A DNA stretch of 62,966 nucleotides from a virus (lineage: Duplodnaviria; Caudoviricetes), in the IMG/VR virus record IMGVR_UViG_3300033143_001983, positions 1 through 62,966 of that record, one strand, 5' to 3'. The position numbers and the translations under genes are program-made. Shown in pieces: positions 29,156 to 39,619 of this stretch (positions within the stretch are counted from its first letter, which is position 1; each line of letters starts with the position of its first letter). The notes under the pieces are model-generated. The model was not told the DNA's origin. It did no database searches and saw nothing but the letters and a program-made list of their open reading frames with translations.

Positions 29156-30847
29156 ATGCCATTTGTTGACGATCCAAACGCAGAAGAAACAGGTAATGTA
29201 GCAGGAGCTAATCCTCTACAGCAAGGTTCTGGACCTGCCGCAGCTCCTAGTGCGCCCTCTGGTGACGCTAATCAAGCATCTGCTGGTGGTTCTGCCACTA
29301 TGGAATCTACCCAAGCTGGGCAGCAAGGTCAACCTACTACAAGTAAAAAAGGACCAGCATCTTCAGGGATGTTTACCAATATTCAGAAATATGTACAAAA
29401 GAACATACCTCAAGCTAAGAAAATGGCTGGAGCAGTTACTCAGGACTTTAGCAAACAAGCCGGAGAAATAAGATCTGCTGCTGAATCAAAACAAAAAGAA
29501 CAAGCTGAGTTATTAAAATTAAATGAACAGAAAATGGCAGAAGAGAAAAAGTGGGCTACTGGACAAGTAGGACAGGTTATGGGAACAACTCCTGCTCCTG
29601 AACCGACCACTCCTAGTCCGGGAGCTGAAGCAACTCCTCCTATGATGTACAATCCATCTCAAGAAGATGCAGATAGATTTTCTGCGGTAGCTCAAGATAA
29701 TTTAGAAGGTCTAGGTCTAGCTGACGTATCAGATCTTAATCTTGCTCAACAACAAAATAGAATGGCAGCTTTAGGACAACTTGCTGGCAGAGCTAAAACT
29801 GAACAAGGCAGAAGAGACTTACTTGGACAAACTTTTCAAAAGAGAGGCGATTATAGTAGAGGGATGTCAGGTTTAGATCAACTTATAACTTCTGGTGATA
29901 AAGCAGCTAGAGAATCTCTTATAAGAGGAACTCAAAGAGAAGCAGCAGGTTTAGGAGCTGATTTAAGAGGAATTGCCGCTACTCAAGGCGGTTTATTAAA
30001 AGACCAAGATAAAGCAATTGGTGGTTTTGGGAAATCTATATCAGATTTATTATATGGAGAACAAGGTGCCGTAACTGGATTAGAGAGTGATATAGAATCT
30101 AAGTATGGGGTAGTAGATGATCCAAATACTCCTGATATTGATGAAAGCACAGGAATGATAGGAGAGTATAGTTCAATGTCAAAAGCTATACAAGACGCTT
30201 CTGCTGCTGGTGGAGATTATAAATTTAATAAAGATCAATTAGAAAAATTAGGACTAACTGCTGGACAAAATATATATGATTTAGATCTAGCAGGGTATAT
30301 AAGTTCAAAAGGTCCGACTATGGCACAAGCTATGACTCCAGATCAAGCCGCTAAATTAGCTGCATTGACTAAACTAAGTGGAGCAGATGCTCATAAATAC
30401 GGAGTAACAGCAGAACAAGCAGCAGCAGAATATGATCCAGCTAGTATAATAAGTCCAGAATTTCAAGCAAACTTAGCGTCTGCTGAAGAAAGATATGGAA
30501 AAGAAGCCACCCAATTAGAAAGTTTAACTAAACAAAAACCTTTGTATGAGAAATTAGCTCCTATACAGAACGAAATAGATAAATTGAATTACGAACAACA
30601 ACATGCATTTACACCGGATACAGATGTAGCAAAAAGAATAGCCGAATTAGAAAACCAAGCTGGTGCATATAAAAGTCAATTATCGGCTCTTCAGCAACCA
30701 GATTTTGGATCAGGATATTCCTATTCAAATGCTTTTGATCAAGCGACTTTCGATAAATTATTAGCTAATCAAGCAGGATTTAGAAAGATAGGAGGACTTC
30801 AAGCAGTAGCTCCTACAGTCCCATCAAATAAAAGGACGGCTAACTAA
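29156..30847 (+). CDS. internal virion/ejection protein
   Basis: 563 aa, Ala/Gln/Gly-rich helical, after tail genes. Confidence 0.65.
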   Translation: MPFVDDPNAEETGNVAGANPLQQGSGPAAAPSAPSGDANQASAGGSATMESTQAGQQGQPTTSKKGPASSGMFTNIQKYVQKNIPQAKKMAGAVTQDFSKQAGEIRSAAESKQKEQAELLKLNEQKMAEEKKWATGQVGQVMGTTPAPEPTTPSPGAEATPPMMYNPSQEDADRFSAVAQDNLEGLGLADVSDLNLAQQQNRMAALGQLAGRAKTEQGRRDLLGQTFQKRGDYSRGMSGLDQLITSGDKAARESLIRGTQREAAGLGADLRGIAATQGGLLKDQDKAIGGFGKSISDLLYGEQGAVTGLESDIESKYGVVDDPNTPDIDESTGMIGEYSSMSKAIQDASAAGGDYKFNKDQLEKLGLTAGQNIYDLDLAGYISSKGPTMAQAMTPDQAAKLAALTKLSGADAHKYGVTAEQAAAEYDPASIISPEFQANLASAEERYGKEATQLESLTKQKPLYEKLAPIQNEIDKLNYEQQHAFTPDTDVAKRIAELENQAGAYKSQLSALQQPDFGSGYSYSNAFDQATFDKLLANQAGFRKIGGLQAVAPTVPSNKRTAN

Positions 30848-31179
30848 TGGAACTATACGCTGAATATATTAAAGAAAGAGAAGGTATGGATCTAATCGAA
30901 AAAGAATATGGATTTTGTACCTATAAAGTAATTAACGAATACATATATTTAGCAGATATATACATAAAAAAAGAAATGAGAAAAAATAACTTAGCTAGAG
31001 TATTAACAAATGAAGTTGAAGCGATAGGAATAGATAATAATTGTAAATTTATTCTAGGAAGTTTTTGCTTAGATACTAATAACTGGAGATCTGGGAAAGC
31101 GTTAGTAAAATCACTTGGATTTAAATACTACGAAAAACAAAAGAAGACTAACATGATATATGTAATTAAGGAGATATAG
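30847..31179 (+). CDS. GNAT-family acetyltransferase-like protein
   Basis: IYLADIYIKKEMRKNNLAR motif A-like and KSLGF; typical position among podovirus ejection genes. Confidence 0.65.
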   Translation: MELYAEYIKEREGMDLIEKEYGFCTYKVINEYIYLADIYIKKEMRKNNLARVLTNEVEAIGIDNNCKFILGSFCLDTNNWRSGKALVKSLGFKYYEKQKKTNMIYVIKEI

Positions 31180-31181
31180 TA

Positions 31182-33137
31182 ATGGGAACCGTAGCAGCAA
31201 TTGGAGGAATAGCCTCTTTGGTCGGTAGCAAGATGGCAAGCGATAGTGCTGAGAAATCAGCTAAAGACGCATCAAATCTAACAAGACAACAAATGGCTAG
31301 ATTAGACGCTATAGATCTTCCTGATGAAGAGAAGATGAGACTTTTACTAGAAAACCCAGAATTAATGGGACTTTTAGAAGCTGAAGGTATTGATCCATCT
31401 AAACTAGGTGAAATCTCACTAGATCCTCAGTTACGTGAAAAGCAAATGGCAGCGTTAGAATCTCTTCAAACTCAAGCAGATGAAGGACTAACGGCTACTG
31501 ATAAATACTCAATGGAGCAAATGTTAGGTGATGTTTCAGCACAACAAAGATCACAACAGGCTGGGATTGAGTCAGAAATGGCTCGTAGAGGCATGGACAG
31601 TTCAGGTGCAGCTCTTATGGCGAAGCTTCAAGCAGGTCAATCTGGAGCTAATACAGCTCGTGATAAGGCTATGCAAATGGCAGCTCAAGGTCAACAGAAT
31701 AGAATGGCAGCATTGGGTCAATTAGGCGCACAATCAGGTCAAATGCAACAACAAGAATTTGGTCGTCAAGCTCAAGTAGCTTCTGCACAAGATGCAATTG
31801 CTAGAGCAAATGCTATGAATCGTCAGAGTGTTTCTGGGCAAAACTTAGCAGCTAGACAAGCAATTGAAAACCAAAGAGCTAACTTATCTAACCAACAACA
31901 AATGTATAATAAAGGATTAGAGCAACAACGATTTGAAAATGAACTCAAGAAAGCTGGACAGCAAGGCACTGCTTCTCAACATGCTGCAACTGCTGCTAGT
32001 AATGTTGCTCAATCTCAAGCAAAAGCTGGAGCTGACATGTGGAAAACTGCCGCAGGTCTTGGATCGTCTTATATGCAATATGGACAAGAAGATGGTGGAG
32101 TTGTAAAAGCTGCTGATGGCGGAGTTATGTCAAGAGAATCTATGCCAGTTCAAAATCAACAAGCAATGATTGATGAAGAAAATAGACAAAAAGAAGCTAA
32201 GCAACATGAGAAGTTTAAAAAAGACTATATGAAAAGAGTTCGTAGTGAGTTAAACCCTGCTGCTGAAGAAGCTAGACAGGAAGTAACCGGAGAAGGTCCA
32301 GCTAAAGCCTCTAATGGTGGATTAATTAAACCAGCAGAAGAAGCAAGACAAGAAGTAACAAGAACTGGTACTGCTAGAGCACAAGACGGAGCATTACTAG
32401 AAGACGTTACTAGACCTTCAGAATTAACTCCAGAAGGAACAGACTTTGAAAGTCCTGATGCTAGAAAATCTGCAATAATGGCAGCACTTATGTCTCAAAT
32501 GCAGAATATGGACCCTGAGCAAAATGTACCTATGAGAAGAGAAGATGGGGGAATACTTAATAGACCAAGCGAAGAGGAATTGAAGGTAGCTACTGACTAT
32601 TTAAAGCAACCAAATATAAACGAAAGTGAACTTGACCCAACTGGAATATTAAGGCGAGTATCTGGCAGAACGATGGTAGAGACTACTGACGATGACGGTA
32701 ATACTCGCTATAGAGAGGCGGAACAAGGAATAGGAGCAGGACGAGAGGTGGGAATTCCTTTACCTTTTCAAGAAGAACTGGGATTGGCACAGCTAAAAAA
32801 TTATATGTCAAACATGAAATCTAATAATGAATATGCTAATGGTGGACCTGTTTATGCTTCTAACGGAACAGGCGAGATTATTGATTCTGGAATGGGTTCT
32901 TTTGCCGGAGATAGAGTTGACGCAAAAGTTAATGATGGTGAAATTATAATTAATGCTCCACAGCAACAACGCTTAATGGATCTTCTTAGAGGAGAGATTA
33001 GTGTTGACGAATTGGGAACAGATGATATAGTAGAAGGTGTGCCTAGAGATTTCAGAGATGATATGCACGAAGAATTAGAAGCTGAATCTGAAGAAGTATC
33101 AGGTATTAAGAAGCTTTTAGAAATGTTAGGAGAGTAA
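31182..33137 (+). CDS. ejection (DNA pilot-like) protein
   Basis: Hydrophobic Gly/Ala N-terminus, Gln-rich coiled coil, repeated (A/E/S)(D/N)GG motifs, GDRVDAKVNDGE. Confidence 0.7.
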   Translation: MGTVAAIGGIASLVGSKMASDSAEKSAKDASNLTRQQMARLDAIDLPDEEKMRLLLENPELMGLLEAEGIDPSKLGEISLDPQLREKQMAALESLQTQADEGLTATDKYSMEQMLGDVSAQQRSQQAGIESEMARRGMDSSGAALMAKLQAGQSGANTARDKAMQMAAQGQQNRMAALGQLGAQSGQMQQQEFGRQAQVASAQDAIARANAMNRQSVSGQNLAARQAIENQRANLSNQQQMYNKGLEQQRFENELKKAGQQGTASQHAATAASNVAQSQAKAGADMWKTAAGLGSSYMQYGQEDGGVVKAADGGVMSRESMPVQNQQAMIDEENRQKEAKQHEKFKKDYMKRVRSELNPAAEEARQEVTGEGPAKASNGGLIKPAEEARQEVTRTGTARAQDGALLEDVTRPSELTPEGTDFESPDARKSAIMAALMSQMQNMDPEQNVPMRREDGGILNRPSEEELKVATDYLKQPNINESELDPTGILRRVSGRTMVETTDDDGNTRYREAEQGIGAGREVGIPLPFQEELGLAQLKNYMSNMKSNNEYANGGPVYASNGTGEIIDSGMGSFAGDRVDAKVNDGEIIINAPQQQRLMDLLRGEISVDELGTDDIVEGVPRDFRDDMHEELEAESEEVSGIKKLLEMLGE

Positions 33138-33138
33138 A

Positions 33139-34476
33139 ATGGCTAATAATTTAGACGACATATATAGAAAGCTAGCAGGACTTAATGAGCCTACTGAACC
33201 TGAAGATCAATTAGTACCAGATGCTATGTCTTTAGGCGCTGATCAAGAAGCTGCCGAAATTAATGAACAGGCTAATCAACAAGCAATGGCTCCTAGTATG
33301 AAGACAAAAGAGCAATTAGAAGCTGAGCAAATAGAAAAAGAACTAGACGTTCCTGCTCCAGAAGCTCCTAAAACTCCTTTACAAGAATTATTAGAAAAAA
33401 GCAATGCTCTTAGAGAGAAATCTGCCGCAGATATAAAAACAGCTTCAGAAGAAGATAAAAGGCGTGCATTAGGAGCTAGTATTGCTAAAGCATTAGGAAA
33501 TTTAGGTGCAGCAAATATTCAAGCAAGAACTGGACAGAACGTAGGACTTAAAGGTTTTAAACCAGTAGAAGTAAAAGATACAGCTTCTAAAATTGGAAAA
33601 CAAAGAAATGAAATGATTCGTCAATTACAAGATGAATATAAACTACTTCAAGCAGATAGAAAGTCTGGAATGACTCCGTATCAAAAAGCTCAATTAGAAG
33701 AGTCAGAAAAAGATCGTGCATTAAAAGAAAAGTTGGCGAAAGTAAAAGCTGCTATAACTCCTAAAAAAGAAACAGAATTTGGAAAAGCTTTAAGCAAAGC
33801 ACAAGCTAAGGATTTTGCAGAATCTCAATCTGGACTACAAAAAACAGCAGGTGGGATTGATAAGATTGATGAAGCTCTTATTTCCCAATTAGAATATTCT
33901 AAATCTAAATTTGGAGGAACTGGACCACTAGCTACTCTTGGTGGATTTACTAAGTATGTTTCTTCTGACACTGAAGCACTTGATGCTAAGTTCAAAGACA
34001 TTGACTTGAAAAACATGGTAACTACGTTCTCAGGTATGTCAAAAGCAGTAGATTCAGATGCAGAGAGAAGAGCTTGGAAAGCAACTCAAGCATCAGTTTC
34101 AAATGATGATAAAACAAATGTTCAAATCCTACTTGGATCTAAAAGTTCGCTATTAAAAAATAAAGCAATTGCAGAAGCTAAAGCAGAGTTTGTTAAGCAA
34201 CGTGGTAACTTAAATGAGTTCACACATCCTATTTTAGAAGGTAAAGTTACTACTTTGGTAGATCTTAATGGAAATATGCAATTAGTTGAAAAAAATAAAG
34301 TAGCTGATTTAAAAGCTAATGGATTCATCACAGTTGATCAACATGCGCTAGATCTTCTTGCAGGTAAAAAGTCAAGTGATGCAATTCCAAGAAAGATACA
34401 AAGAGTTATGGCGGCAAATCCGGGCATAACTAGAGAAGAAGTTATCGAAGCTTTGAAAAAGAAAGGAAAACTATAA
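33139..34476 (+). CDS. internal virion/ejection protein
   Basis: 445 aa helical protein in ejection block. Confidence 0.65.
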   Translation: MANNLDDIYRKLAGLNEPTEPEDQLVPDAMSLGADQEAAEINEQANQQAMAPSMKTKEQLEAEQIEKELDVPAPEAPKTPLQELLEKSNALREKSAADIKTASEEDKRRALGASIAKALGNLGAANIQARTGQNVGLKGFKPVEVKDTASKIGKQRNEMIRQLQDEYKLLQADRKSGMTPYQKAQLEESEKDRALKEKLAKVKAAITPKKETEFGKALSKAQAKDFAESQSGLQKTAGGIDKIDEALISQLEYSKSKFGGTGPLATLGGFTKYVSSDTEALDAKFKDIDLKNMVTTFSGMSKAVDSDAERRAWKATQASVSNDDKTNVQILLGSKSSLLKNKAIAEAKAEFVKQRGNLNEFTHPILEGKVTTLVDLNGNMQLVEKNKVADLKANGFITVDQHALDLLAGKKSSDAIPRKIQRVMAANPGITREEVIEALKKKGKL

Positions 34477-37400
34477 TGGCAAAAGATATAGACTTATCAG
34501 CATTTGATGAAGATATAGATCTATCTGCATTTGATGAAGAAGAAGGACCATCTCAACTAGAAGCCGCAGGTCGTGGTGCTGTTCAAGGTGTTGCTTTAGG
34601 TTTTGGAGAAGAAATAGGTGCAGCAGCACTATCTCCAGTAGAAATGCTTCGTCAAAAAATAGCTAAATTAATTCCCGGATCTATGGAGAATGTTGATGAG
34701 CAACTTCGCCAACAAGGATTTAAAGGTCTTGAAGAAGAGGAATTAACTGACATATATAAAAATCTAAGAGATACTACTAGAGAGAGAAATAAAGCAGCAG
34801 AAGAGGCTCATAAAGCCACTTATATCGCTTCAGACGTTGCCGGAGGTATATTGCCCGGTCTTTTATCTGGAGGCGGTACAGCAGCAGCAGGAGTGCTTAA
34901 AACAGGTACAAAAGAGGCTATGAAACAAGCAGCTAAAGTTGGTGCTGGATATGGTGCAGTTTCAGGACTTGGATATGGTGAAGGTGAGACTATCGGTGAG
35001 GATATTCAAAGTACTCTAGTTGGTGGTGTTTTAGGTGCTGGATTAGGTGCGGCTCTACCACTAGCTGTAAAAGGTGCTAAAATTGGCGCAGGTAAGCTTA
35101 AGAAAGGTGCTCAAGACCTTCTAGAAACTATTATACCTGAATCTGAAGCAATTAAAGCTGGTTATAAATACGGTAGACAAGGCAAGAAGTTAACTCAAGA
35201 AGTAATTGATGAGGATCTTATCGGAATATCTAAGAAGATCTTAAAAAACATTCAATCAGATAAAAGTGCTAATAACCTAAAAGCAGCTAAAGAGAAATTA
35301 GAAGCTCTAGGATATGTAGTAAATACTAAAAAGACTATCAATGATGCTATTGATGATCTACAGAAATTAACAAATGAAGATTACTTAGGGATTCAAAATA
35401 AAGAACTTCTTCCAAAAATAAAAGAACTTACTGGATACAGTACTCAAGCTGAGAGAATGGCTGAGAAAGCTCAAAAACAAGCTACTAAGAAGGTTATAGA
35501 AAGTCAAGGTAAAATTGATCAAGCTATTATTAAAGGCGAGAAAGATCTGGCAAAAGCTCAGGCGAAAACTGGAGATGTTCTAGAAACTATCACAGATGTA
35601 AAAAGACCTATGAGTGACTTAGATATACCGCTTCAAACTAAAGAAGGAATGGTTGCTGGAACAAAAGGAAGATTTAAAGGTCCAGAAGGTGAAGATTATA
35701 TAAAAACTTCGGTATCTGATGCAACTCCATATCAGCCAGAAATGACTAGCATGGTAGATGACTTAGGTAGACCTATCATCAAAACTGTCGATAAAGGTTC
35801 TGGAAGAGTTTCTGCAATGGTTGGAAATATTGAAGATAAAATTAAGCTTAACTTAGAAAATATGTCAGTTAGCGAAGTTGAGTCGCTTAGAAAGCAATTA
35901 AACTTGGCAACTAAATTAGCAAAAGCTCAAGGTGCTGCTGATGATCCTATCATGCAAAGAGCGCAGAAATTAGCTGGTGAATTAAAGAAAGTAACTGATG
36001 AAGTTGTTGAGAAATCGGGCGACACAGATCTAATTAGAAATAGAGCTAGATTCTCTGATATCTTTAGTGCAGAAGAGATGCTTGGAATAGATAAGAGATT
36101 TTCAGTAAGAAGAGATATTCAAGAGGAACTAGCAGCAACTCAATTAGGCGGCAAATTAGGTTTTGAGCAAGGATTTAAAACTCGTCAAGAAGGTGAACTT
36201 GCTACTAAGTTATTAGGAGAAAAAGTTGTTACTCCAGAAATGAGACAACAATTAGATCTAATAAGAAAGCTTAATCAAGTATCAGGAAGAGAGTCACAAG
36301 AAAACATTTCAAGAGCAGGGCTATATAAGATGGTAGTTGGAGATATTCCAAATATTGCTGGTAGAGGTGTTAAGGCTGTTGGCGACATTACAAGACCAAT
36401 TACTAGTCCAGTTAAAAACACAATGGACTTATTAAATACAATGACAAAACAACAAGTAGAAACTTTTGGTGCAAAACTAGCATCGTCTAATAAGAAAGGT
36501 TCTCAAATGCTAGGTCAACAATTACTTGATGCAGCTTCTCAAGGCGGTCAAGCACAATCTCAAGCTATCTGGGCAATATCTCAGAGTCCGGCATTTAGAG
36601 AGCTTGTTAAGCGAGAAGTTCCTAATATGGAAGCTGAAATGGAAAGTACTTTAAATGCGCTAATTCCATCAGCCGCAGCAGCAGATACTCCTTATAGCCC
36701 AGATAATTCTAATGTACTTGATGAGATTTCTGACTCAGAAGGAACTAGCGAGAGACACGCAAAAAGAAAGGGATATGCATCTGGATATGATGTAACTCTA
36801 GGATATGGTAAGTTCGATCCTTCAAGTGATAAAGCAATTACTGAAATGACATTATCTGAGGTAAAAGATTTCCAAAAAAAGATGTTAAAGCATCCTAAAA
36901 ATAACTTAAACTCGTCGGCTATTGGTAGATATCAAATAGTAGGAAAAACTCTTAGAGGGCTTCAAAAGAAACTTGGACTTTCTGATGATACTGTTTTCGA
37001 TAAAGCTACTCAAGATAAAATGGCAGAAGAACTTTTAAGACAACGTGGGTTCGGAAAAGCTGGTATATCTTCCGAAGATTTACAGCATAATCTATCTAAA
37101 GAATGGGCTTCTATCGGAGATCCTAAGAAAGGCGGAGAATCTCATTACGGTGGACAACCTTCTAAAGCAAAAGATTGGAATAGTATATTAGAAGAAAAAG
37201 AATCTTCAATAGACCTTAATTCAATACTACAAGGATATGCAGGACAAACTCCTGACGATCTACAAGCAGAAGTACCAACTGAAGTACCAACGGAAGTAAC
37301 TACAGAAGATATCGAAGATGTTAATAGACATATTGACAGAGTTAATCAACAGCAAAGTTCTGGCGATAATACTCCAGTAGATCAAATTGAAGGTCTTATG

Positions 37401-37532
37401 GGTAAAATAGACGCACTGAGATTATCTGAAGAAGATAAAAATGAAATAGAAAGTGAAGCAGTAAATATGTCAGGTTATTCTGACGGAGCTAGACTAAAAG
37501 AATTACTAGCCAAAATAGCAAATCTAAGGTAA
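34476..37532 (+). CDS. large ejection protein with lysozyme-like (lambda R-type) domain
   Basis: SEGT...GYD, SSAIGRYQI, FDKATQD, LSKEWAS motifs near C-terminus. Confidence 0.8.
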   Translation: MAKDIDLSAFDEDIDLSAFDEEEGPSQLEAAGRGAVQGVALGFGEEIGAAALSPVEMLRQKIAKLIPGSMENVDEQLRQQGFKGLEEEELTDIYKNLRDTTRERNKAAEEAHKATYIASDVAGGILPGLLSGGGTAAAGVLKTGTKEAMKQAAKVGAGYGAVSGLGYGEGETIGEDIQSTLVGGVLGAGLGAALPLAVKGAKIGAGKLKKGAQDLLETIIPESEAIKAGYKYGRQGKKLTQEVIDEDLIGISKKILKNIQSDKSANNLKAAKEKLEALGYVVNTKKTINDAIDDLQKLTNEDYLGIQNKELLPKIKELTGYSTQAERMAEKAQKQATKKVIESQGKIDQAIIKGEKDLAKAQAKTGDVLETITDVKRPMSDLDIPLQTKEGMVAGTKGRFKGPEGEDYIKTSVSDATPYQPEMTSMVDDLGRPIIKTVDKGSGRVSAMVGNIEDKIKLNLENMSVSEVESLRKQLNLATKLAKAQGAADDPIMQRAQKLAGELKKVTDEVVEKSGDTDLIRNRARFSDIFSAEEMLGIDKRFSVRRDIQEELAATQLGGKLGFEQGFKTRQEGELATKLLGEKVVTPEMRQQLDLIRKLNQVSGRESQENISRAGLYKMVVGDIPNIAGRGVKAVGDITRPITSPVKNTMDLLNTMTKQQVETFGAKLASSNKKGSQMLGQQLLDAASQGGQAQSQAIWAISQSPAFRELVKREVPNMEAEMESTLNALIPSAAAADTPYSPDNSNVLDEISDSEGTSERHAKRKGYASGYDVTLGYGKFDPSSDKAITEMTLSEVKDFQKKMLKHPKNNLNSSAIGRYQIVGKTLRGLQKKLGLSDDTVFDKATQDKMAEELLRQRGFGKAGISSEDLQHNLSKEWASIGDPKKGGESHYGGQPSKAKDWNSILEEKESSIDLNSILQGYAGQTPDDLQAEVPTEVPTEVTTEDIEDVNRHIDRVNQQQSSGDNTPVDQIEGLMGKIDALRLSEEDKNEIESEAVNMSGYSDGARLKELLAKIANLR

Positions 37533-37542
37533 GGATGACAAT

Positions 37543-37890
37543 GTGGAGAAGCAGGATTTAATAGTCCATTTATTAAGAGAAAACAGAGTTGATGTTAAAG
37601 AAGTTAAAGAGGATATCTCTGATATGAAGGTAGATGTGGCACTGAATCGTCAAGATTTGGAAACTCACATGGAGCAAACAAGATCTGTTAAAGAGCTTAC
37701 CATCACAGTAAAAGATGAGTTAGTTAATCTTATAAATGCGGTTGAAGCAAAGCATGATACAAGCATTAAGAGCATCGAGGATAAGCTTACAGTGAGTCAT
37801 TTACTTAAACTAATAGTAACTGTTGCTTCTGGAATTGGGATCGTTTCTGGGGCTATTTACGGGGTAATTAGAGTATTTAGTTCTATCTAA
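37543..37890 (+). CDS. coiled-coil protein with C-terminal TM helix (possible holin-like)
   Basis: 115 aa, heptad pattern then hydrophobic tail. Confidence 0.55.
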   Translation: MEKQDLIVHLLRENRVDVKEVKEDISDMKVDVALNRQDLETHMEQTRSVKELTITVKDELVNLINAVEAKHDTSIKSIEDKLTVSHLLKLIVTVASGIGIVSGAIYGVIRVFSSI

Positions 37891-38498
37891 TCTTCGTCTT
37901 TTCTTTTATCAAAATAATTATAATCTTTATATGCGTCTATGTCCTTATCGGATATAACTTCATCGTCTAATTCTTCCCAAGATACTAAATCATACATATT
38001 AGAAGCTTTCGCCATATTTAATAAATCTGCATTTCTAGCATTATTTCTATCGTCACATTCTCTTCTTGGATGCACCTTATAAATAAACTCTTCTATATCT
38101 TCAATTTGCTTATTATACATTCTAGCTAATTCTCTGTCCTCTTCTGTAGTAGTGTTTGGAGACTTGAGATAAATAATCTTTCTTTCTTTTTTTAAAGCTC
38201 TTATCTGGGTTTTTAGATCATCTATAGTCTCTTTATCTACTTGAAGTTTATGGATATTGTCGTAATCCCAAGCTTTACCTTCTCCGAAAGAGGCATTGTA
38301 ATATTCTTTATTAAAATCATTAAGGTACTTTTTAGCTTCTTTATCTAGTGGTTGCATTACAGTTTTCCCTTTCTGCTTTACTCCGTTTACGTAAAATCTA
38401 TTGTCCATATAATCTCGTCTAGCTTTTAGATTATAGCTTACATCTAGATCAGGAAACTCCTGCTTTTCTCTGCGGCTCTTTTTCTTCTTTTTACTCAT
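37887..38498 (-). CDS. hypothetical protein
   Basis: 203 aa, last gene of minus-strand arm. Confidence 0.75.
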   Translation of the reverse strand: MSKKKKKSRREKQEFPDLDVSYNLKARRDYMDNRFYVNGVKQKGKTVMQPLDKEAKKYLNDFNKEYYNASFGEGKAWDYDNIHKLQVDKETIDDLKTQIRALKKERKIIYLKSPNTTTEEDRELARMYNKQIEDIEEFIYKVHPRRECDDRNNARNADLLNMAKASNMYDLVSWEELDDEVISDKDIDAYKDYNYFDKRKDED

Positions 38499-38839
38499 TT
38501 TTTACTATCCCCATTATGAAATTGAGCTTCTAACTTCCCTTCTCTAGTTAAGTCAAAGCTTTCTCCATCTAACAGATAACATCTCTGCTTTCCTGTTCTG
38601 ACTTGGGTAAAATCCTTTTTAAATTCTCTAAAGAATCCCACCTTGGACATCTGCCCACCAAATACCTTTCTATAAAGATAATATACCATATAAGTAGGTA
38701 TCCTGTCTACACCATCTCTAATCTTTTTTTGTTTATAGAAGCTTTCTAATTGTGATTCATCTTCAGAAACTAGATCGGGAGCCTTTTCAGGCTCCTTCTC
38801 TAATATTTGGAGTAATTCTTCCAGTGATAGATCGCTCAC
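38495..38839 (-). CDS. hypothetical protein
   Basis: 114 aa, coupled to neighbours. Confidence 0.7.
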   Translation of the reverse strand: MSDLSLEELLQILEKEPEKAPDLVSEDESQLESFYKQKKIRDGVDRIPTYMVYYLYRKVFGGQMSKVGFFREFKKDFTQVRTGKQRCYLLDGESFDLTREGKLEAQFHNGDSKK

Positions 38840-39618
38840 TAGAGAGTTGTTTTAATTCTGTTTGAAATATTGTTAAAGTTACTTTCAAATCTAGCTGCTG
38901 CTTTAGCTGCTCTTTCGTTTGAGATTTCAATACCAATTGGTGCTGTAATTAATGGACATTTGGAGAATTTCACTCTAAGTGGTCCAAAGAAAGTGTTGAC
39001 GGTTCTGGTAGTATATCCTGATAAACTCTTCGTACATCTTACCAGTACCATTTCATCTGCATGATTCTTCTGTACAGCTTGACTTCCAGTTAGCCATAAT
39101 TCATCACTAATTTCCGACTGATACTTTTCTAGAGTAATCCCAACTCTGTTAGAAGCAACTGTTTCCATCTCACGTACATTATCTTTGATAAGATTGATGA
39201 TAGAGTCAAGTTCACCGCCTAATTCACCAGCTAATCCGCTTACACTAGCTCTGTGAGACATTAGGATTCCTGAAGGTATAATGTACCTCTTCCCTAAGTT
39301 TTGGACAGTTTGGTATCCCATACTGGCACTGAAAATTGTGATAGTATTAAATGTGCATGGCAAAGCATTTAATGTATCGAAAAACAATTGACCTGCTGAG
39401 ATACTTCCACCGGGAGTATATAACACAATATTGATTTCCTTTCCAATATTGCTAAAACATAAACTGATAGCTTCTGCTTGCTTCTTAGCAACAAACATTG
39501 GACTAAACTCATCGTTAAAGTTTATAGTGTTGTTTTCATTTAATTCAAGTACTCTTGGTTTAGATCCTGCAAACGCCAACATTGGCAAAAGCATAATCGC
39601 TGCTAATAATTTCTTCAT
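38839..39618 (-). CDS. ClpP-family serine protease with N-terminal signal peptide
   Basis: YTPGGS, SASMG (Ser), LMSH (His), DELWLTGSQAV...AD; MKKLLAAIMLLPMLAFA leader. Confidence 0.8.
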   Translation of the reverse strand: MKKLLAAIMLLPMLAFAGSKPRVLELNENNTINFNDEFSPMFVAKKQAEAISLCFSNIGKEINIVLYTPGGSISAGQLFFDTLNALPCTFNTITIFSASMGYQTVQNLGKRYIIPSGILMSHRASVSGLAGELGGELDSIINLIKDNVREMETVASNRVGITLEKYQSEISDELWLTGSQAVQKNHADEMVLVRCTKSLSGYTTRTVNTFFGPLRVKFSKCPLITAPIGIEISNERAAKAAARFESNFNNISNRIKTTL

Positions 39619-39619
39619 T

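Noticed and set aside
29156-37532. Tape measure protein or virion RNA polymerase
   Set aside because: No tail tube or chaperone genes and no RNAP catalytic motifs seen; gene order fits podovirus ejection proteins
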